A stretch of DNA of 64,000 nt from an uncultured Gemmatimonadales bacterium. Lineage in GTDB: Bacteria; Gemmatimonadota; Gemmatimonadetes; Gemmatimonadales; JACORV01. Each line of letters begins with the position of its first letter. The first letter of the stretch is position 1. A program made the translations under genes and the position numbers. Positions 45,030 to 55,843 of this stretch are shown here, piece after piece. The DNA lies in assembly GCA_963729955.1 (NCBI GenBank), contig CAVSQA010000028.1, forward strand, positions 216,755-280,754, given 5' to 3'. Below the pieces are notes generated by a model. It ran no database searches and was not told the DNA's origin. It worked only from the letters and a program-made list of their open reading frames with translations.

Positions 45030-45721
45030 GCACGCCGACTGACCTGCTGAAGCGCGCGGCCGCCGCTCGCGCCCTCGAGTTCATCGAGAGCGGCATGACG
45101 GTTGGTCTGGGAACCGGCACCACGGTGCGCCCGCTGCTGTCGCTGCTCGCCGAGCGGCTTGCCGGGGGCGGCCTCACGGACGTGGTGGCCGTGCCGACGT
45201 CGGAGGACACGGCCCGCCGGTGCCGGGAGCTCGGCATCCCGCTGGTGACGCTGGCCGACCGTCCGCAGCTGTCGCTCGCGATCGATGGCGCCGATGAGGT
45301 GGGTCCGCGGCTGGATCTGATCAAGGGCGGCGGCGGCGCGATGCTGCGCGAGAAGCTGGTCGCGCAGGCGGCGCGGCGCTTCGTCGTGGTCGCGGACGAA
45401 TCGAAGCTGGTGCGCCGCCTCGGCACTCGCGCGCCCGTGCCGGTGGAGGTCGTGCCGTTCGGATGGGCCGCGTTGGTCCCGTTCTTCGAGCAGCTCGGGG
45501 CGACGCCGGCGCTGCGACGGGGGCCCGACGGCTCTCCCGCCGTGACCGACAACGGCAACTACCTCGTGGACTGCCGCTTCGCGCGTGGCATCGACGATCC
45601 CGCGGCGCTCGCGCGGGCGCTGGCGAAGCGGACCGGCATCGTCGAGGACGGGTTGTTTCTCCGCATGGCCAGGGTGGCGGTGGTGGGGGGGGCGGACGGC
45701 GTGCGTCTCCTCAGGCGCTGA
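45026..45721 (+). CDS. rpiA: Ribose-5-phosphate isomerase A
   Basis: GLGTGTT, IDGADEV, IKGGGGA, TDNGNY. Confidence 0.96.
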   Translation: MSTPTDLLKRAAAARALEFIESGMTVGLGTGTTVRPLLSLLAERLAGGGLTDVVAVPTSEDTARRCRELGIPLVTLADRPQLSLAIDGADEVGPRLDLIKGGGGAMLREKLVAQAARRFVVVADESKLVRRLGTRAPVPVEVVPFGWAALVPFFEQLGATPALRRGPDGSPAVTDNGNYLVDCRFARGIDDPAALARALAKRTGIVEDGLFLRMARVAVVGGADGVRLLRR

Positions 45722-45729
45722 CCGGCGAC

Positions 45730-48031
45730 GTGAAGGCGGGGCGAGGGCTGCTGATCGCCGTGGCGACGTTGCCGCTGACGGTCCCGCTCGCGCGGCCGGC
45801 GCGCCCCGAGCGCGTCCTGCCTGATTCCTGCGTCACCGCGCCCATCCCCGGCGTTGACAGCCTGGTGGCGGCCGGCCGGTACTGGCACGCCTCGCGGGCC
45901 ATTGGCGCGCTCCCCCGGAACCCGCGCCCGCTGCGGCCTGGCGACGCGTTGCTGCGAGCTCCGGATCGCCGAGGGTCTGGGCCAGTGGCCGCGGCTGGAC
46001 ACGATCCTGGCGCGGGTGCCGGGCGCGGACACCATCCCGGAGCTCCTGTCCGCGGCCGCCCGGCAGGACGAGCGCAGCGAGCGCTGGGGCTCGGCGGCGG
46101 CGCGGTACCGGCGGCTGGCGGCGCTGGCGGAGGCGAAACCGGCGCTGAGGGCCGCCGCCACGGTGCGTCTGGCGGTGGCGTTCGAGAGACTGGCCCTGCC
46201 CGACTCGGCCGAGGCGGCCTGGCACCGGGCGGCGCAGGCGCTCCCCGATCTCTCCGATTGGTTCGCGGTGCATCGGGCCGAATTCGAGAACGACACGTCT
46301 CTGGCCTTCGCGTCCGTCGCGGTGGTGCGATCGCCCGGCGCGGCGGCGAGCGCCGACGATTTCATTGCGCGACGCCGTCTCGCGTCCGGCAACCTGCGCG
46401 GGGCCCTCGAGGTGTACCTCCGGCACGGACGCCTGCTCGACGCGGCGCGTGTCGAGGTGATGCTGGGCCGGGGTGACGTGGCGCGGCGCCGAGTCGATGG
46501 ACTGCTCGAGGCCGACCCCACCAGGCCGGTGGCGCTGCTGGCCGCCAACTTCATCGCAGCGGAGGTCGCCGCGCCGAGCCTGGAGGAATGGCTCGCGATC
46601 GCGCGGGCCTATCGCGCGCGGGGCGATCTCATGTCCGCGGAGCGATACGCGCGGCGGGCCCTCGAGCGGCAGGATACCAGCCTCACGGCCTGGCTCGAGC
46701 TGGCGGAGATCACGGCGGCGCGCCATCGCACGCCGGCGGCCCGAGATGCGCTCGACCACGCGGAGGCGTTGGTCCGACGGCGGCCCGCCACTCCAACCAC
46801 CGTGCTCGCGTCGGCGTCGGTGCAGGTCCTCGGCTCCGCCGACCGGTGGGAAGAAGCCGACTCGCTCGGGGCGCAGCTGGTGCGCGAGAGCCCGGGCGAC
46901 TCCAATGCCGCCGCCGCCGTGCTGCTCCTCGCCAATCACGAGCGCGCGCAAGGCACCCCGGGCAGCGAGCTGGCCTGGTACCAGTCGCTCGTGCACCGCT
47001 ACGGCGACACGCCGGCCGCCAACCTCGCCCGCTTCCGTCTCGCGCTCAGTTCGTACGCCGCCGGCTATCCCGACTCCGCCGCCGCCGGCCTCGCGGAAGT
47101 GCTGGCGCGCGACACCGCCCAGCGGCTCGGGCAGGGGCCGCGCTACTGGGCCGCCCGGCTCGCCCTAGAGCGGCACGACCCCGCCGGCGCGACCGCGCTG
47201 CGCGCCATCGCCGCCCTGGACCCCACCGGCTATTACGGCGTCCGCGCCGTTGAGTTGCTCGGTGATTCCCTTTCACTCGCGCCGGATTCCACCCTCCCGC
47301 CCCCCCGGCCGGGGACCTTCTCGCCGAGGCGGGCGGCCGAGCGCATCCGGCTGCTGGCGGCCGTCGGTTTCACGGCGGAAGCCCGGGCCGAGGCCGTAGC
47401 GTGGATCGGGGACACGAATGCCTCGCCGCAGCTCCTGGTTGCGGCCGCCGGCGCGGCGGCGGCGGCCGGCTTCGCGCAGGAAGCGATCCTGCTCGGCGCC
47501 GCCGCCCGGGTGAAGGCAGGCATCACCCCCGGAGTCGCGGTCGCCCTCTTCCCGCTGCCCTACCGGGCGGTCTTCGAGGCCGAGGCCGCGGAGCACTGCG
47601 TCGATCCGCTGCTGCTGGCGGCCATCGTCCGCCAGGAGTCGCGGTTCCAGGTGCAGGCGGGCTCCCGCGCGGGCGCGCGCGGCCTGAGCCAGCTGCTGCC
47701 GGCGACGGCCCGGCAGCTGAGCCGCCGCGAGGGCGTGCGGGCGTGGGACCCGGCGCTGCTCGAGGTCCCGGACTTCAACCTCCATTTCGGTGCGCGCTAC
47801 GTGCACGACCGCCTGATGCGCGACGCCGTGCCCGTCTACGCCGTCATCGCCACGTACAACGCCGGTCCGGAGCGCCTGGCTCGCTGGCGGCAGTGGCCGG
47901 AATTCGGCGACCAGGACCTGTTCGTGGAGCGCCTGTCCATCGCCGAAACCCGCGACTACGTCCGCAGCGTGCTGGCGAACTACGTCTGGTACCGGCGGGT
48001 GTACGGGGCGCAGCATGGAGGGCCCGAGTGA
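45730..48031 (+). CDS. Soluble lytic murein transglycosylase, Slt70-like (apparent frameshift near 45955)
   Basis: TPR-like superhelix followed by RQESRF, GARGLSQL, YNAG, ETRDYV. Confidence 0.85.
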
Positions 48032-48693
48032 GCGGCGGGGCACGGACGGCCCGGGGGACGCTGCTCGCCGCGTGCCTGGCGCTTGCCCCTGGCTGCAGGC
48101 GCGAGCAGGCGTCGCTCGCCGCCGCATCGAGCACCGAGGAGCGAGCCTCGCTGCTCGTGCGCCAGACCTACGGCTCGTCCGATGCCGTCGCGGCCGCCGC
48201 GTACACGTGGACGGCGCCCGGCGGGACGGTGTTCGTCCTGGTGGACGTCGAGTCGGGCATCCCGGGGGTGGTGCAGGCGCGGGCGGACCTGTGGGCGGTC
48301 GGCGACAGCGCCCCGGTGCGCCTCGCGCGTTCCGACGTGATGCCGTCCGCGGCCACGATCGGCGCCTTCGCCTTCGAGGACGTCACCGGGGACGGCATTC
48401 CGGACCTGCTGGGGTACGTCGCCGACTCCGCGGGGGAGGCCTATCCGATCTTTCTTCCTGGGGCGCGAGGCATGATGGCGGACCAGATCGAGCTGGCGGC
48501 CGTCGGCTTCAGGCTCTCGGCCGAGCCGGACAACGCGCCGCGGATCCTGGCCGGCAGCCACGGCCCCTGCGCGCTGCAACTGTGGGCGGAGACACCGGCA
48601 CCCGACTCGGCCCCGGCTGGATGGCGGTACCTGGCTTTCCGGCCGGCCGGCGAGCTCGCATCGCCGGCCGCCACGCCGCCTCGATGCCAGTAG
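48028..48693 (+). CDS. Hypothetical lipoprotein
   Basis: Lipobox LAPGC; one DVTGDGIPD FG-GAP-like motif; coupled GTGA overlap. Confidence 0.6.
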   Translation: MSGGARTARGTLLAACLALAPGCRREQASLAAASSTEERASLLVRQTYGSSDAVAAAAYTWTAPGGTVFVLVDVESGIPGVVQARADLWAVGDSAPVRLARSDVMPSAATIGAFAFEDVTGDGIPDLLGYVADSAGEAYPIFLPGARGMMADQIELAAVGFRLSAEPDNAPRILAGSHGPCALQLWAETPAPDSAPAGWRYLAFRPAGELASPAATPPRCQ

Positions 48694-48740
48694 AATGGCG
48701 GAGTTGGAAGCCGTCCGCGCAGCGGGTTACAATTCGGGCC

Positions 48741-49817
48741 ATGAATCTCCGAACGTTTGCGCTGGTGGCGGGCCTGGGCGTCGCCGCTGGGGTCGCGGCG
48801 GCGCCTGCCCAGCAACCCCAGCAGTCCCAACAGCCCACGTGGCGTGCGGTCCAGCCGGAATCCGGCGAGGCCCACCTCGCCAACATCCGGCAGTTGACCT
48901 TCGGCGGCCAGAACGCCGAGGCGTACTTCTCGGCCGACGGGCAGAAGATCGTCTTCCAGAGCACCCGGGGCGATCACCCGTGCGATCAGGAGTACGTCAT
49001 GAACGTGGACGGCTCCGACGTGCACCGGGTGTCCGATGGCCGGGGCCGGACCACCTGTGGCTACTTCTACGACCACGACCGGAGGGTGTTGTTCTCTTCG
49101 ACGTCGGCGGCGGGTCCCGATTGCCCCAAGCCCCCCGACTACTCCCACGGCTACGTGTGGGCGCTCGAGGACTTCGACATCTACACGGCCAACGTGGACG
49201 GCACGGACCTGCGCCGGCTCACGCGGACCCCCGGCTACGACGCCGAGGCGGTCGTGTCGCCCGACGGCAAGTCCATCGTCTTCACCTCGGCGCGCCACGG
49301 CGACCTCGACATCTACACCATGCGCGTCGACGGGACGCACGTGCGCCAACTCACCCACGAGCTCGGCTACGACGGGGGCCCGTGGTGGTCGCACGACGGC
49401 ACCAAGATCGTCTATCGCGCCTTCCACCCGAGCACGCCCGCGGAGCAGGCCGCGTATGGTGCGCTGTTCCGGCGCAATCTCGTCCAGCCGCTGGACATGG
49501 AGCTGTGGGTGATGAACGCGGACGGCTCCGACCGGCACCAGATCACCCATCTGGGCGGGGCCAACTTCGCGCCGTACTTCACGCCCGACGACCGGAAGAT
49601 CATCTTCGCGTCGAACTACACCAACCCGCGCGGCCGCAATTTCGACCTCTATCTGGTCAACCTCGACGGTACCGGGCTCGAGCGGGTGACGACCTACCCG
49701 GACTTCGACAGCTTCCCGATGTTCTCCCCCGACGGCAAGCAGCTCATCTGGGCCTCCAACCGGCACGGCAGTCAGCCGCACGAGACCAACATCTTCATCG
49801 CGGACTGGGTGCCGTGA
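48741..49817 (+). CDS. TolB-like PD40 beta-propeller protein
   Basis: Repeated FSPDGK / LT..PGYD motifs; signal peptide. Confidence 0.85.
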   Translation: MNLRTFALVAGLGVAAGVAAAPAQQPQQSQQPTWRAVQPESGEAHLANIRQLTFGGQNAEAYFSADGQKIVFQSTRGDHPCDQEYVMNVDGSDVHRVSDGRGRTTCGYFYDHDRRVLFSSTSAAGPDCPKPPDYSHGYVWALEDFDIYTANVDGTDLRRLTRTPGYDAEAVVSPDGKSIVFTSARHGDLDIYTMRVDGTHVRQLTHELGYDGGPWWSHDGTKIVYRAFHPSTPAEQAAYGALFRRNLVQPLDMELWVMNADGSDRHQITHLGGANFAPYFTPDDRKIIFASNYTNPRGRNFDLYLVNLDGTGLERVTTYPDFDSFPMFSPDGKQLIWASNRHGSQPHETNIFIADWVP

Positions 49818-49893
49818 ATCCCGGCTCGCCGGTGCCGCGTAGTTGGACAGCGGAGGCAGCCGGCCCCTGCGGTGCCGGCGGTGGGGAGCGGTC

Positions 49894-50613
49894 ATGAGCG
49901 AGGCGAAGGCGCCGAAGCCGAAGCACACGGTCCGCCACGCGACCTGGGAGTGGGTCAAGTCGCTGGCGGTCGCGCTGGTCATCTGGTTCGTGTTGCGGAC
50001 GCTCCTGGTCGAGGCGTTCCGCATTCCCTCGAGCAGCATGGAACGGACGCTGCTGGTAGGCGACTTCCTGTTCGTGAACAAGGCCCTGTATGGCGCGGAG
50101 GTGCCGCTGATTCACACCCGGCTCCCCGCGATCCGCGAGCCGCGGCGCGGCGACATCGTGGTGTTCGATTCGCGGACGGAGGACGGGGTCAAGGTCGTCA
50201 AGCGCCTGGTCGGGATGCCTGGCGACACGCTGCAGATGAAGCACGCGGTGCTGTGGCGCGACGGCGTCGCGCAGCGCGAGCCGTACGTCGAGCACGTCGA
50301 CTCACTCGAGGATCCCAGCGAGTCGATGATGCGCGAGTGGCAGGTCTCCTACCTGCTCCCGAGCGTCGACCGCAACGCCTACCACCCGAGCCGTGATAAC
50401 TGGGGGCCGTTGGTGGTGCCGCAGGGCCAGTACTTCGTGATGGGCGACAACCGGGACAATTCCTTCGACTCGCGCTACTGGGGGTTTGTCCCACGGGCGG
50501 TGATTCGCGGGCGGCCCATGTTCATCTATTACTCGTTCGACCACGACTCCTGGCGGGCGCTGCCGTTTCTCACGGCCATCCGCTGGAGCAGGATTGGACA
50601 CCGGCCGCGCTAG
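49894..50613 (+). CDS. lepB: Signal peptidase I
   Basis: IPSSSMERTL, VKRLVGMPGD, MGDNRDNSFDSRYWG. Confidence 0.95.
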   Translation: MSEAKAPKPKHTVRHATWEWVKSLAVALVIWFVLRTLLVEAFRIPSSSMERTLLVGDFLFVNKALYGAEVPLIHTRLPAIREPRRGDIVVFDSRTEDGVKVVKRLVGMPGDTLQMKHAVLWRDGVAQREPYVEHVDSLEDPSESMMREWQVSYLLPSVDRNAYHPSRDNWGPLVVPQGQYFVMGDNRDNSFDSRYWGFVPRAVIRGRPMFIYYSFDHDSWRALPFLTAIRWSRIGHRPR

Positions 50614-51749
50614 GCCACCTGCGGCGCCGAAGTGCGAGGCAGGAGCAGCGCCGCGACCATCCCCAGCAATCCGAGCAGCGCCCCCGCCCAGAACGGCGCG
50701 CTCAGTCCGGACGTGCCGATCAGGAAGCCGGCGATCGTGGGCCCGACGATGCGGCCCAGGGTGGACGCCGTCTGCGTGATCCCGAGCGCCGCCCCCTGCT
50801 GCGCAGCCGAGGCCCGCCGGCTGACGACCGCGTAGACGCTCGGCGTCGCCAGGGCGGAGCCCGCCGACAGCGCACCGAGCGCGGCGTACAGCCCCATTCT
50901 CCCCGTGGCCTCCGGGACGAGCGCCAGTCCGATCGCCAGCACCAGGCCACCCGCCGCCGCCACCCGTTTCTCGCCGACCTTCGGCGCCAACCTCCCCACC
51001 AGCCCACCCTGCACGACGGCCGAGATGATCCCCATGTAGGCGAACAGCATCCCCATCTGCCGCGTCGTGTCGTGCCACACGTCCCGGCCGAAGAGCGGCA
51101 ACGTCACGTGGATGACGGCGAAGGACGCAGTGAGAAGGAAGCTGGCGGCCAGCGGCGCCGCGAGGCTTGCCAGCGGTACCCGGCCCGACGGGTGAGCCGC
51201 GTCGCGCCTGGGGGGCTCGCGCAGCCACGCCATGGCGGCCAGGGCGTTGGCGGCGCAGAGGGCGGCGGCCACCACGCCGGCGCTGCTGTAGCTATGCGTC
51301 GAGAGGATGCCTCCCAGCGCCGGTCCGAGAATGAACCCCATCGCGAAGGCGGCACCGAGGATCCCCATGGCGTGCGCCCGGTGCTCGGGCGGCGTGACGT
51401 CGGCGATGTACGCCTGCGCGACGCCGATCGTCGCGCCCATCGCGCCGGCCACGATCCGCGAGACCAGCAGCGCCCCGTAGCTGCCGGCCACCGCGAACAG
51501 CACGTAAGAGGCCGCGGAACCCACCAGTCCGACGATGAGCACGGGCCGCCGGCCGAACCGGTCCGAAATCGCACCCCACACCGGCACCGCCACGAGCTGG
51601 AGCAGGGAGAAGCTGGTGACCAGGAACCCGATCGCGGCGGCCGACACGTGAAAGGCGGCCCCGTACGTGGGCAGCAGCGGGAGGACGATCCCGAAACCGA
51701 GGAGATCGACGAAGACGACCGCGAAGACGACGGCGAGCTGCTTGTTCAC
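50610..51749 (-). CDS. MFS transporter (TetA/DHA1-like)
   Basis: DLLGFGIVLP, SDRFGRRPV, AQAYIAD, GFILGP. Confidence 0.9.
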   Translation of the reverse strand: MNKQLAVVFAVVFVDLLGFGIVLPLLPTYGAAFHVSAAAIGFLVTSFSLLQLVAVPVWGAISDRFGRRPVLIVGLVGSAASYVLFAVAGSYGALLVSRIVAGAMGATIGVAQAYIADVTPPEHRAHAMGILGAAFAMGFILGPALGGILSTHSYSSAGVVAAALCAANALAAMAWLREPPRRDAAHPSGRVPLASLAAPLAASFLLTASFAVIHVTLPLFGRDVWHDTTRQMGMLFAYMGIISAVVQGGLVGRLAPKVGEKRVAAAGGLVLAIGLALVPEATGRMGLYAALGALSAGSALATPSVYAVVSRRASAAQQGAALGITQTASTLGRIVGPTIAGFLIGTSGLSAPFWAGALLGLLGMVAALLLPRTSAPQVA

Positions 51750-51777
51750 GCGGCGCAGGGCCCGCGTGTCCGGTGGG

Positions 51778-51993
51778 TCACTTGTAGCGGTACGTGATGC
51801 GGCCGCGCGTGAGGTCGTACGGCGACAGCTCGACAGCCACCCGGTCGCCGCGGAGGATCCTGATGTAGTTCTTGCGCATCTTGCCCGACACGTACGCCAG
51901 TATCTCGTGGCCGTTCTCGAGTTCGACTCGGAACGTGGTGTTCGGGAGCACCTCGGTGATGGTGCCCATCATCTGGATGGCGTCGCCTGCCAC
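51778..51993 (-). CDS. infA: Translation initiation factor IF-1
   Basis: [16 protein letters not shown]...[31 protein letters not shown]. Confidence 0.97.
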   Translation of the reverse strand: MAGDAIQMMGTITEVLPNTTFRVELENGHEILAYVSGKMRKNYIRILRGDRVAVELSPYDLTRGRITYRYK

Positions 51994-52123
51994 GTCCGGT
52001 AGCCGCTCCTGGCCGAGATGGGAACGTCGGGGCGCAGGTGAGCCCCCGACCACCCCTAACCTAGCCGCGCGTCAGGGGGCGCGCAAAGGGGTTTCCCACA
52101 GGGTCTTGCGAAATTCCGACCAT

Positions 52124-52141
52124 TTGTGAATTCATTCACAA
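52124..52141. promoter_or_regulatory. Rex operator
   Basis: TTGTGAA-TTCA-TTCACAA, an exact match to the TTGTGAA-N4-TTCACAA consensus. Confidence 0.75.
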
Positions 52142-52228
52142 CCAAGACCATTCGTCACATCGGAGCGCTGACGGGGTAGGACTCCGCCGTTCGTCGAGGC
52201 GTTCCCCAACCTGAGGAGTGTGGCCGCA

Positions 52229-52648
52229 ATGAACCGTTGGCATCTGGTAGCTCTGCCCCTTCTGGCCGTCGGCGCCGTCGCCTTCGCCAGGCCCAACACC
52301 CATGCCGTGCCGCCGACGACGCACCAGGTTCGGATGATGCAGCAGGGCGCCAAGTATCTGTTCGTGCCCGCGGACTTCACCATCAAGTCAGGGGACGTCA
52401 TCGAGTTCGAGAACGTCTCCGGCGGTCCCCACAACGTGGTGTTCGACAAGGACCATATCCCGGCCGGAGCCCGCGAGATCCTGAACCAGGCGATGCCGCG
52501 ACGCCAGGGTGACCTCATGGGACCGTTCCTGACCCAGGCGCACGAGAAGTACACCATCGCGTTCACCGGCGCGCCGAAAGGCAAGTACAACTACTACTGC
52601 CTGCCCCACCGGGCCCTCGGCATGGTGGGTGTCATCACGGTCGAGTAG
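52229..52648 (+). CDS. Plastocyanin/azurin family type-1 copper protein, exported
   Basis: PHNVVF and YYCLPHRALGM (His, Cys, His, Met ligands); signal peptide. Confidence 0.92.
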   Translation: MNRWHLVALPLLAVGAVAFARPNTHAVPPTTHQVRMMQQGAKYLFVPADFTIKSGDVIEFENVSGGPHNVVFDKDHIPAGAREILNQAMPRRQGDLMGPFLTQAHEKYTIAFTGAPKGKYNYYCLPHRALGMVGVITVE

Positions 52649-52716
52649 CGGCGCCCTCAGGCGGCTTGCGGCACCTCCCGGCGCGGGGTAACTCTGGCGA
52701 CGGGAGGTGCTGTCTT

Positions 52717-52965
52717 ATGGCGACAGACCCGGCGGCCGAGAGTTTCGACCTGGTAGCCGACGTCCCGATCGACGAGGTCCGTGTCACCCCGGAAGGCTTC
52801 GTGCTGGAGGGCCGTGGGGCCGACCGCTCGGCCTATCGCCTCGAGATGCACATCGACTGGAAGATCGATCAGCGCACCAAGAAGGTACTGAGCGAAATCC
52901 TCTCGCAGGCGGAGGTTAGGGTCATGAAGTGGCGCCCTCCGCCGAGGCGAGGCCAGGCATCATAG
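52717..52965 (+). CDS. Small hypothetical protein
   Basis: GGAGG RBS, 82 aa, globular composition. Confidence 0.65.
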   Translation: MATDPAAESFDLVADVPIDEVRVTPEGFVLEGRGADRSAYRLEMHIDWKIDQRTKKVLSEILSQAEVRVMKWRPPPRRGQAS

Positions 52966-53118
52966 GCGGCGCGTGACTCGTGTCACGGCGCCGGCCCCAT
53001 TGGCGCGTATAGTCTGGCCGGCCGCGACCTGAGGGCGAGAGCTTGCAGGCGTTTTTCGGCGCCTGCATACTTGAGCGCGTCCCTTCTGCGGCACACTCCA
53101 CAAGTGAGGTATGGCTCG

Positions 53119-54471
53119 ATGACGCCTGCGCTGCGCGGCAACAGGGTCCTTCGCTTCGCCCTGGTTGTTGCCTGTGGCGCGTGCGCCACCGGCGGCGCGA
53201 TCCGGGTGAGCGATGTAACCCCGCAGTCCATCCCCTCGCTCGAGGTGGAGCGGAGTCACCGGCCCCAGGACCCGAACACGCTCACCCGGCTCGGCGTCGC
53301 GTACTTCAAGGCCGGGCGCTACAAGGATGCGCGGCCGGTGCTGGACAGCGCGGTGGCCCACGACCCCGGCAACGGCGTCGCCGTGATCTATCTCGGCATG
53401 ACCGCCGAGCAGCTGGGCGACTTCGCCACGGCCCGCGCCGCGTACCAGCACTACGTCGCCATCGCGTCCGACGCCGCGCTGAAGCACACCGCGCAACAGC
53501 GGCTCGAGCTGGTGGATCGGAACGAAATGGTGTACCAGGCCCGGCAGGCCGTGGCCAACGAGGCGACGATCGCCGCGATGCCGCCCGAGTCGAATACCGT
53601 CGCGGTCATGCCGTTCAGCTACAACGGGACCGACAGCAGCATTCAGCCGCTGCGGCGGGGTCTCGCGCAGCTGCTGGTGACCGATCTGGCGAAGTCGCGA
53701 CAGATTCGCGTGCTGGAGCGGGAGCGCATGCAGGCGATCGTGAGCGAGCTCCGGCTCTCCGATTCCTCGCGCGCGGATCCGGCCGCGGCGCTGCGGACGG
53801 GCCGCCTGCTGCGGGCCGCGGAGGTGGTGCAGGGCTCGATCGCCGACCAGCCGGGCAACCAGCTGCAGGTGAACGCGGCGGTGGTGGACGTCGGAAGCGC
53901 CGGTATCAAGGCCACCGCCCAGGGGAAGGACCTCCTGTCGCGGCTGTTCGACATCGAAAAGCGGCTCGCCCTGACGATCTTCACGAACCTGGGCATTCAG
54001 CTCTCGCCGGCCGAGCAGGAGGCGATCAACCAACGGCCGACTGAGAACCTGCAGGCGTTCCTGCTCTACAGCCGGGGGCTGGCCGCGCAGGACCGCGGGG
54101 ACTTCGGGGCGGCGCAGGCCGATTTCAGCCAGGCCTCGTCGCTGGATCCGAACTTCCGCGCGGCGGCCGTGAGCGCGGCCACCGCGTCCAACCTGTCTGC
54201 GGCGTCGCAGCAGAGCGTAGGGCAGGTGGAATCCGCGGTGTCACAGAGCGCCACGATCGCGGCCCCCCCGCCGACGGCGCCCGTACAGGATGCGCTGACG
54301 GCGGGATCGAACAACGTCAACCCGACCAACGGGACCGAGACGGCCAATCAGGGAGGCGGGGTGGCGCAGCCCACCACGGTGCGGGGGAATCCGATTACTG
54401 ATGCGACGAACACCGCGGGCGGACAAGCCGTCACGGGCCGCGTCGTCATCATCATCAAGAGGCCCTCGTGA
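53119..54471 (+). CDS. TPR plus CsgG/TolB-N-like lipoprotein
   Basis: Lipobox ACGAC, TPRs, VAVMPF...VLERERM...GRLLRAAEVVQGS, PTENLQAF. Confidence 0.75.
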   Translation: MTPALRGNRVLRFALVVACGACATGGAIRVSDVTPQSIPSLEVERSHRPQDPNTLTRLGVAYFKAGRYKDARPVLDSAVAHDPGNGVAVIYLGMTAEQLGDFATARAAYQHYVAIASDAALKHTAQQRLELVDRNEMVYQARQAVANEATIAAMPPESNTVAVMPFSYNGTDSSIQPLRRGLAQLLVTDLAKSRQIRVLERERMQAIVSELRLSDSSRADPAAALRTGRLLRAAEVVQGSIADQPGNQLQVNAAVVDVGSAGIKATAQGKDLLSRLFDIEKRLALTIFTNLGIQLSPAEQEAINQRPTENLQAFLLYSRGLAAQDRGDFGAAQADFSQASSLDPNFRAAAVSAATASNLSAASQQSVGQVESAVSQSATIAAPPPTAPVQDALTAGSNNVNPTNGTETANQGGGVAQPTTVRGNPITDATNTAGGQAVTGRVVIIIKRPS

Positions 54472-55625
54472 ACGCGCCGCGCTGGACGTTGCGCGCCGCC
54501 ACCGTCGCTGGAGCCGCGCTGTTGCCGATGCCCCTGCTCGCCCAGGGGCCGGTGACCGGATTCGCGGGGGTGGAGGCGCGTGGGGTGAGCTACCAGGCGG
54601 GCCTGGGCATGAAGAGCGTGTCCGAGGTCGCGGTGCCGTTCGCGGTGATCTGGCCGGCGAGTGCGCGGCTCACGTTCGACCTCGGCGGCCGCTATGCGAC
54701 GGCGAGCCGGAAGGGGAGCGACGACTCGACCGCGACCATCTCGGGATTGACCGATATCCAGGTGCGCGGTGCGTACCAGTTGATTCCGGACGTTGCCGTC
54801 CTGAGCGTCTCGGCGAACCTCCCGACCGGCAAGACCAAGATCACCGACGCGCAGCTGTTGACGGCGGGGGCCATCGCCTCCGACCTCCTTCCATACCCGG
54901 TGGCCAGCTTCGGCTCGGGTTTCAATGTCACCTCCGGCGTTGCGCTCGCGGTGCCCGTCGGAGGGTGGGCCCTGGGCGTCGCAGGCAGCTATCGCCTGAA
55001 CGGGAACTTCACGCCCTTCGCGGACACGACGTTCTGCCCGGTGAGCAACGCCAAGGCGGGATGCGGCTACAAGGCGGGCGGCGAGTTCCGCGTGCGCGTC
55101 GGCGCCGACCGCCTGGTCGGCCAGAGCCGGTTCTCGCTCGGGTTCACCTATTCCAGCTTCGGTGAGGACGATTTCGGCAGCTCGCCCATCTTTCAGTCGG
55201 GCAGCCGCTACATCGGCCAGGGCTCGTGGACGTTCCCGATCGGCAACGTGGGCATGCAGGTCTATGCGTGGGACCTCTACCGCTCGCCCGGCTCGCAGCT
55301 GATCTCCGGGGGCTCGATCACCCAGAAGCGCAACGTCCTCGCGTTCGGCGCCGCGGGCTCGGTCCAGATGGGACGCAACGTGCTCCGGCCGCAGGTCGAG
55401 TACCGCAACTACACGCTGGGCGATCCGTCGCTGGCGAGCGCCGGCAAGCTCGTGTCGCTCGGCCTGCAATATCAGCTGGCTGTGGGCGACCGGTTCGCGC
55501 TGCTGCCCTCGGCGCGCTTCGATACCGGCAGCGAGAACGCGCTCGACGCCAACGGCAATCCGACCAGCCAATCGGTGAGCTTCACCGGCTGGAATGCCGG
55601 GTTGATGTTGAGGGCCGCGATGTGA
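54468..55625 (+). CDS. Hypothetical outer-membrane beta-barrel protein
   Basis: Signal peptide, GLTD...NLPTG, alternating strands; coupled to the upstream gene. Confidence 0.65.
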   Translation: MNAPRWTLRAATVAGAALLPMPLLAQGPVTGFAGVEARGVSYQAGLGMKSVSEVAVPFAVIWPASARLTFDLGGRYATASRKGSDDSTATISGLTDIQVRGAYQLIPDVAVLSVSANLPTGKTKITDAQLLTAGAIASDLLPYPVASFGSGFNVTSGVALAVPVGGWALGVAGSYRLNGNFTPFADTTFCPVSNAKAGCGYKAGGEFRVRVGADRLVGQSRFSLGFTYSSFGEDDFGSSPIFQSGSRYIGQGSWTFPIGNVGMQVYAWDLYRSPGSQLISGGSITQKRNVLAFGAAGSVQMGRNVLRPQVEYRNYTLGDPSLASAGKLVSLGLQYQLAVGDRFALLPSARFDTGSENALDANGNPTSQSVSFTGWNAGLMLRAAM

Positions 55626-55739
55626 CCCACGGGATTCCCGTGGCGCACTTTTGCCCTACCGCTCGCGTCTGGGCGGCCTGCCGTCGTCGCATAGGAACCC
55701 AGGGTTCGCCACCCTAGCAGTCCCCGAACGTGGACAGAC

Positions 55740-55777
55740 GGCCCGGCAACAGTAACTCGTTGCCGGGCCTTATCTTA
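55740..55777 (+). terminator. Intrinsic terminator
   Basis: GGCCCGGCAAC/GTTGCCGGGCC 11 bp stem followed by TTATCTT. Confidence 0.7.
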
Positions 55778-55814
55778 TGGAATCGGCGAGCGGCGATGAG
55801 GGTGCTGCATCGCC

Positions 55815-55843
55815 TTGACGAACCCCAGCACGGTCGGTAGGTT
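55815..55843 (+). promoter_or_regulatory. sigma70-type promoter
   Basis: TTGACG-17 nt-TAGGTT. Confidence 0.5.
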
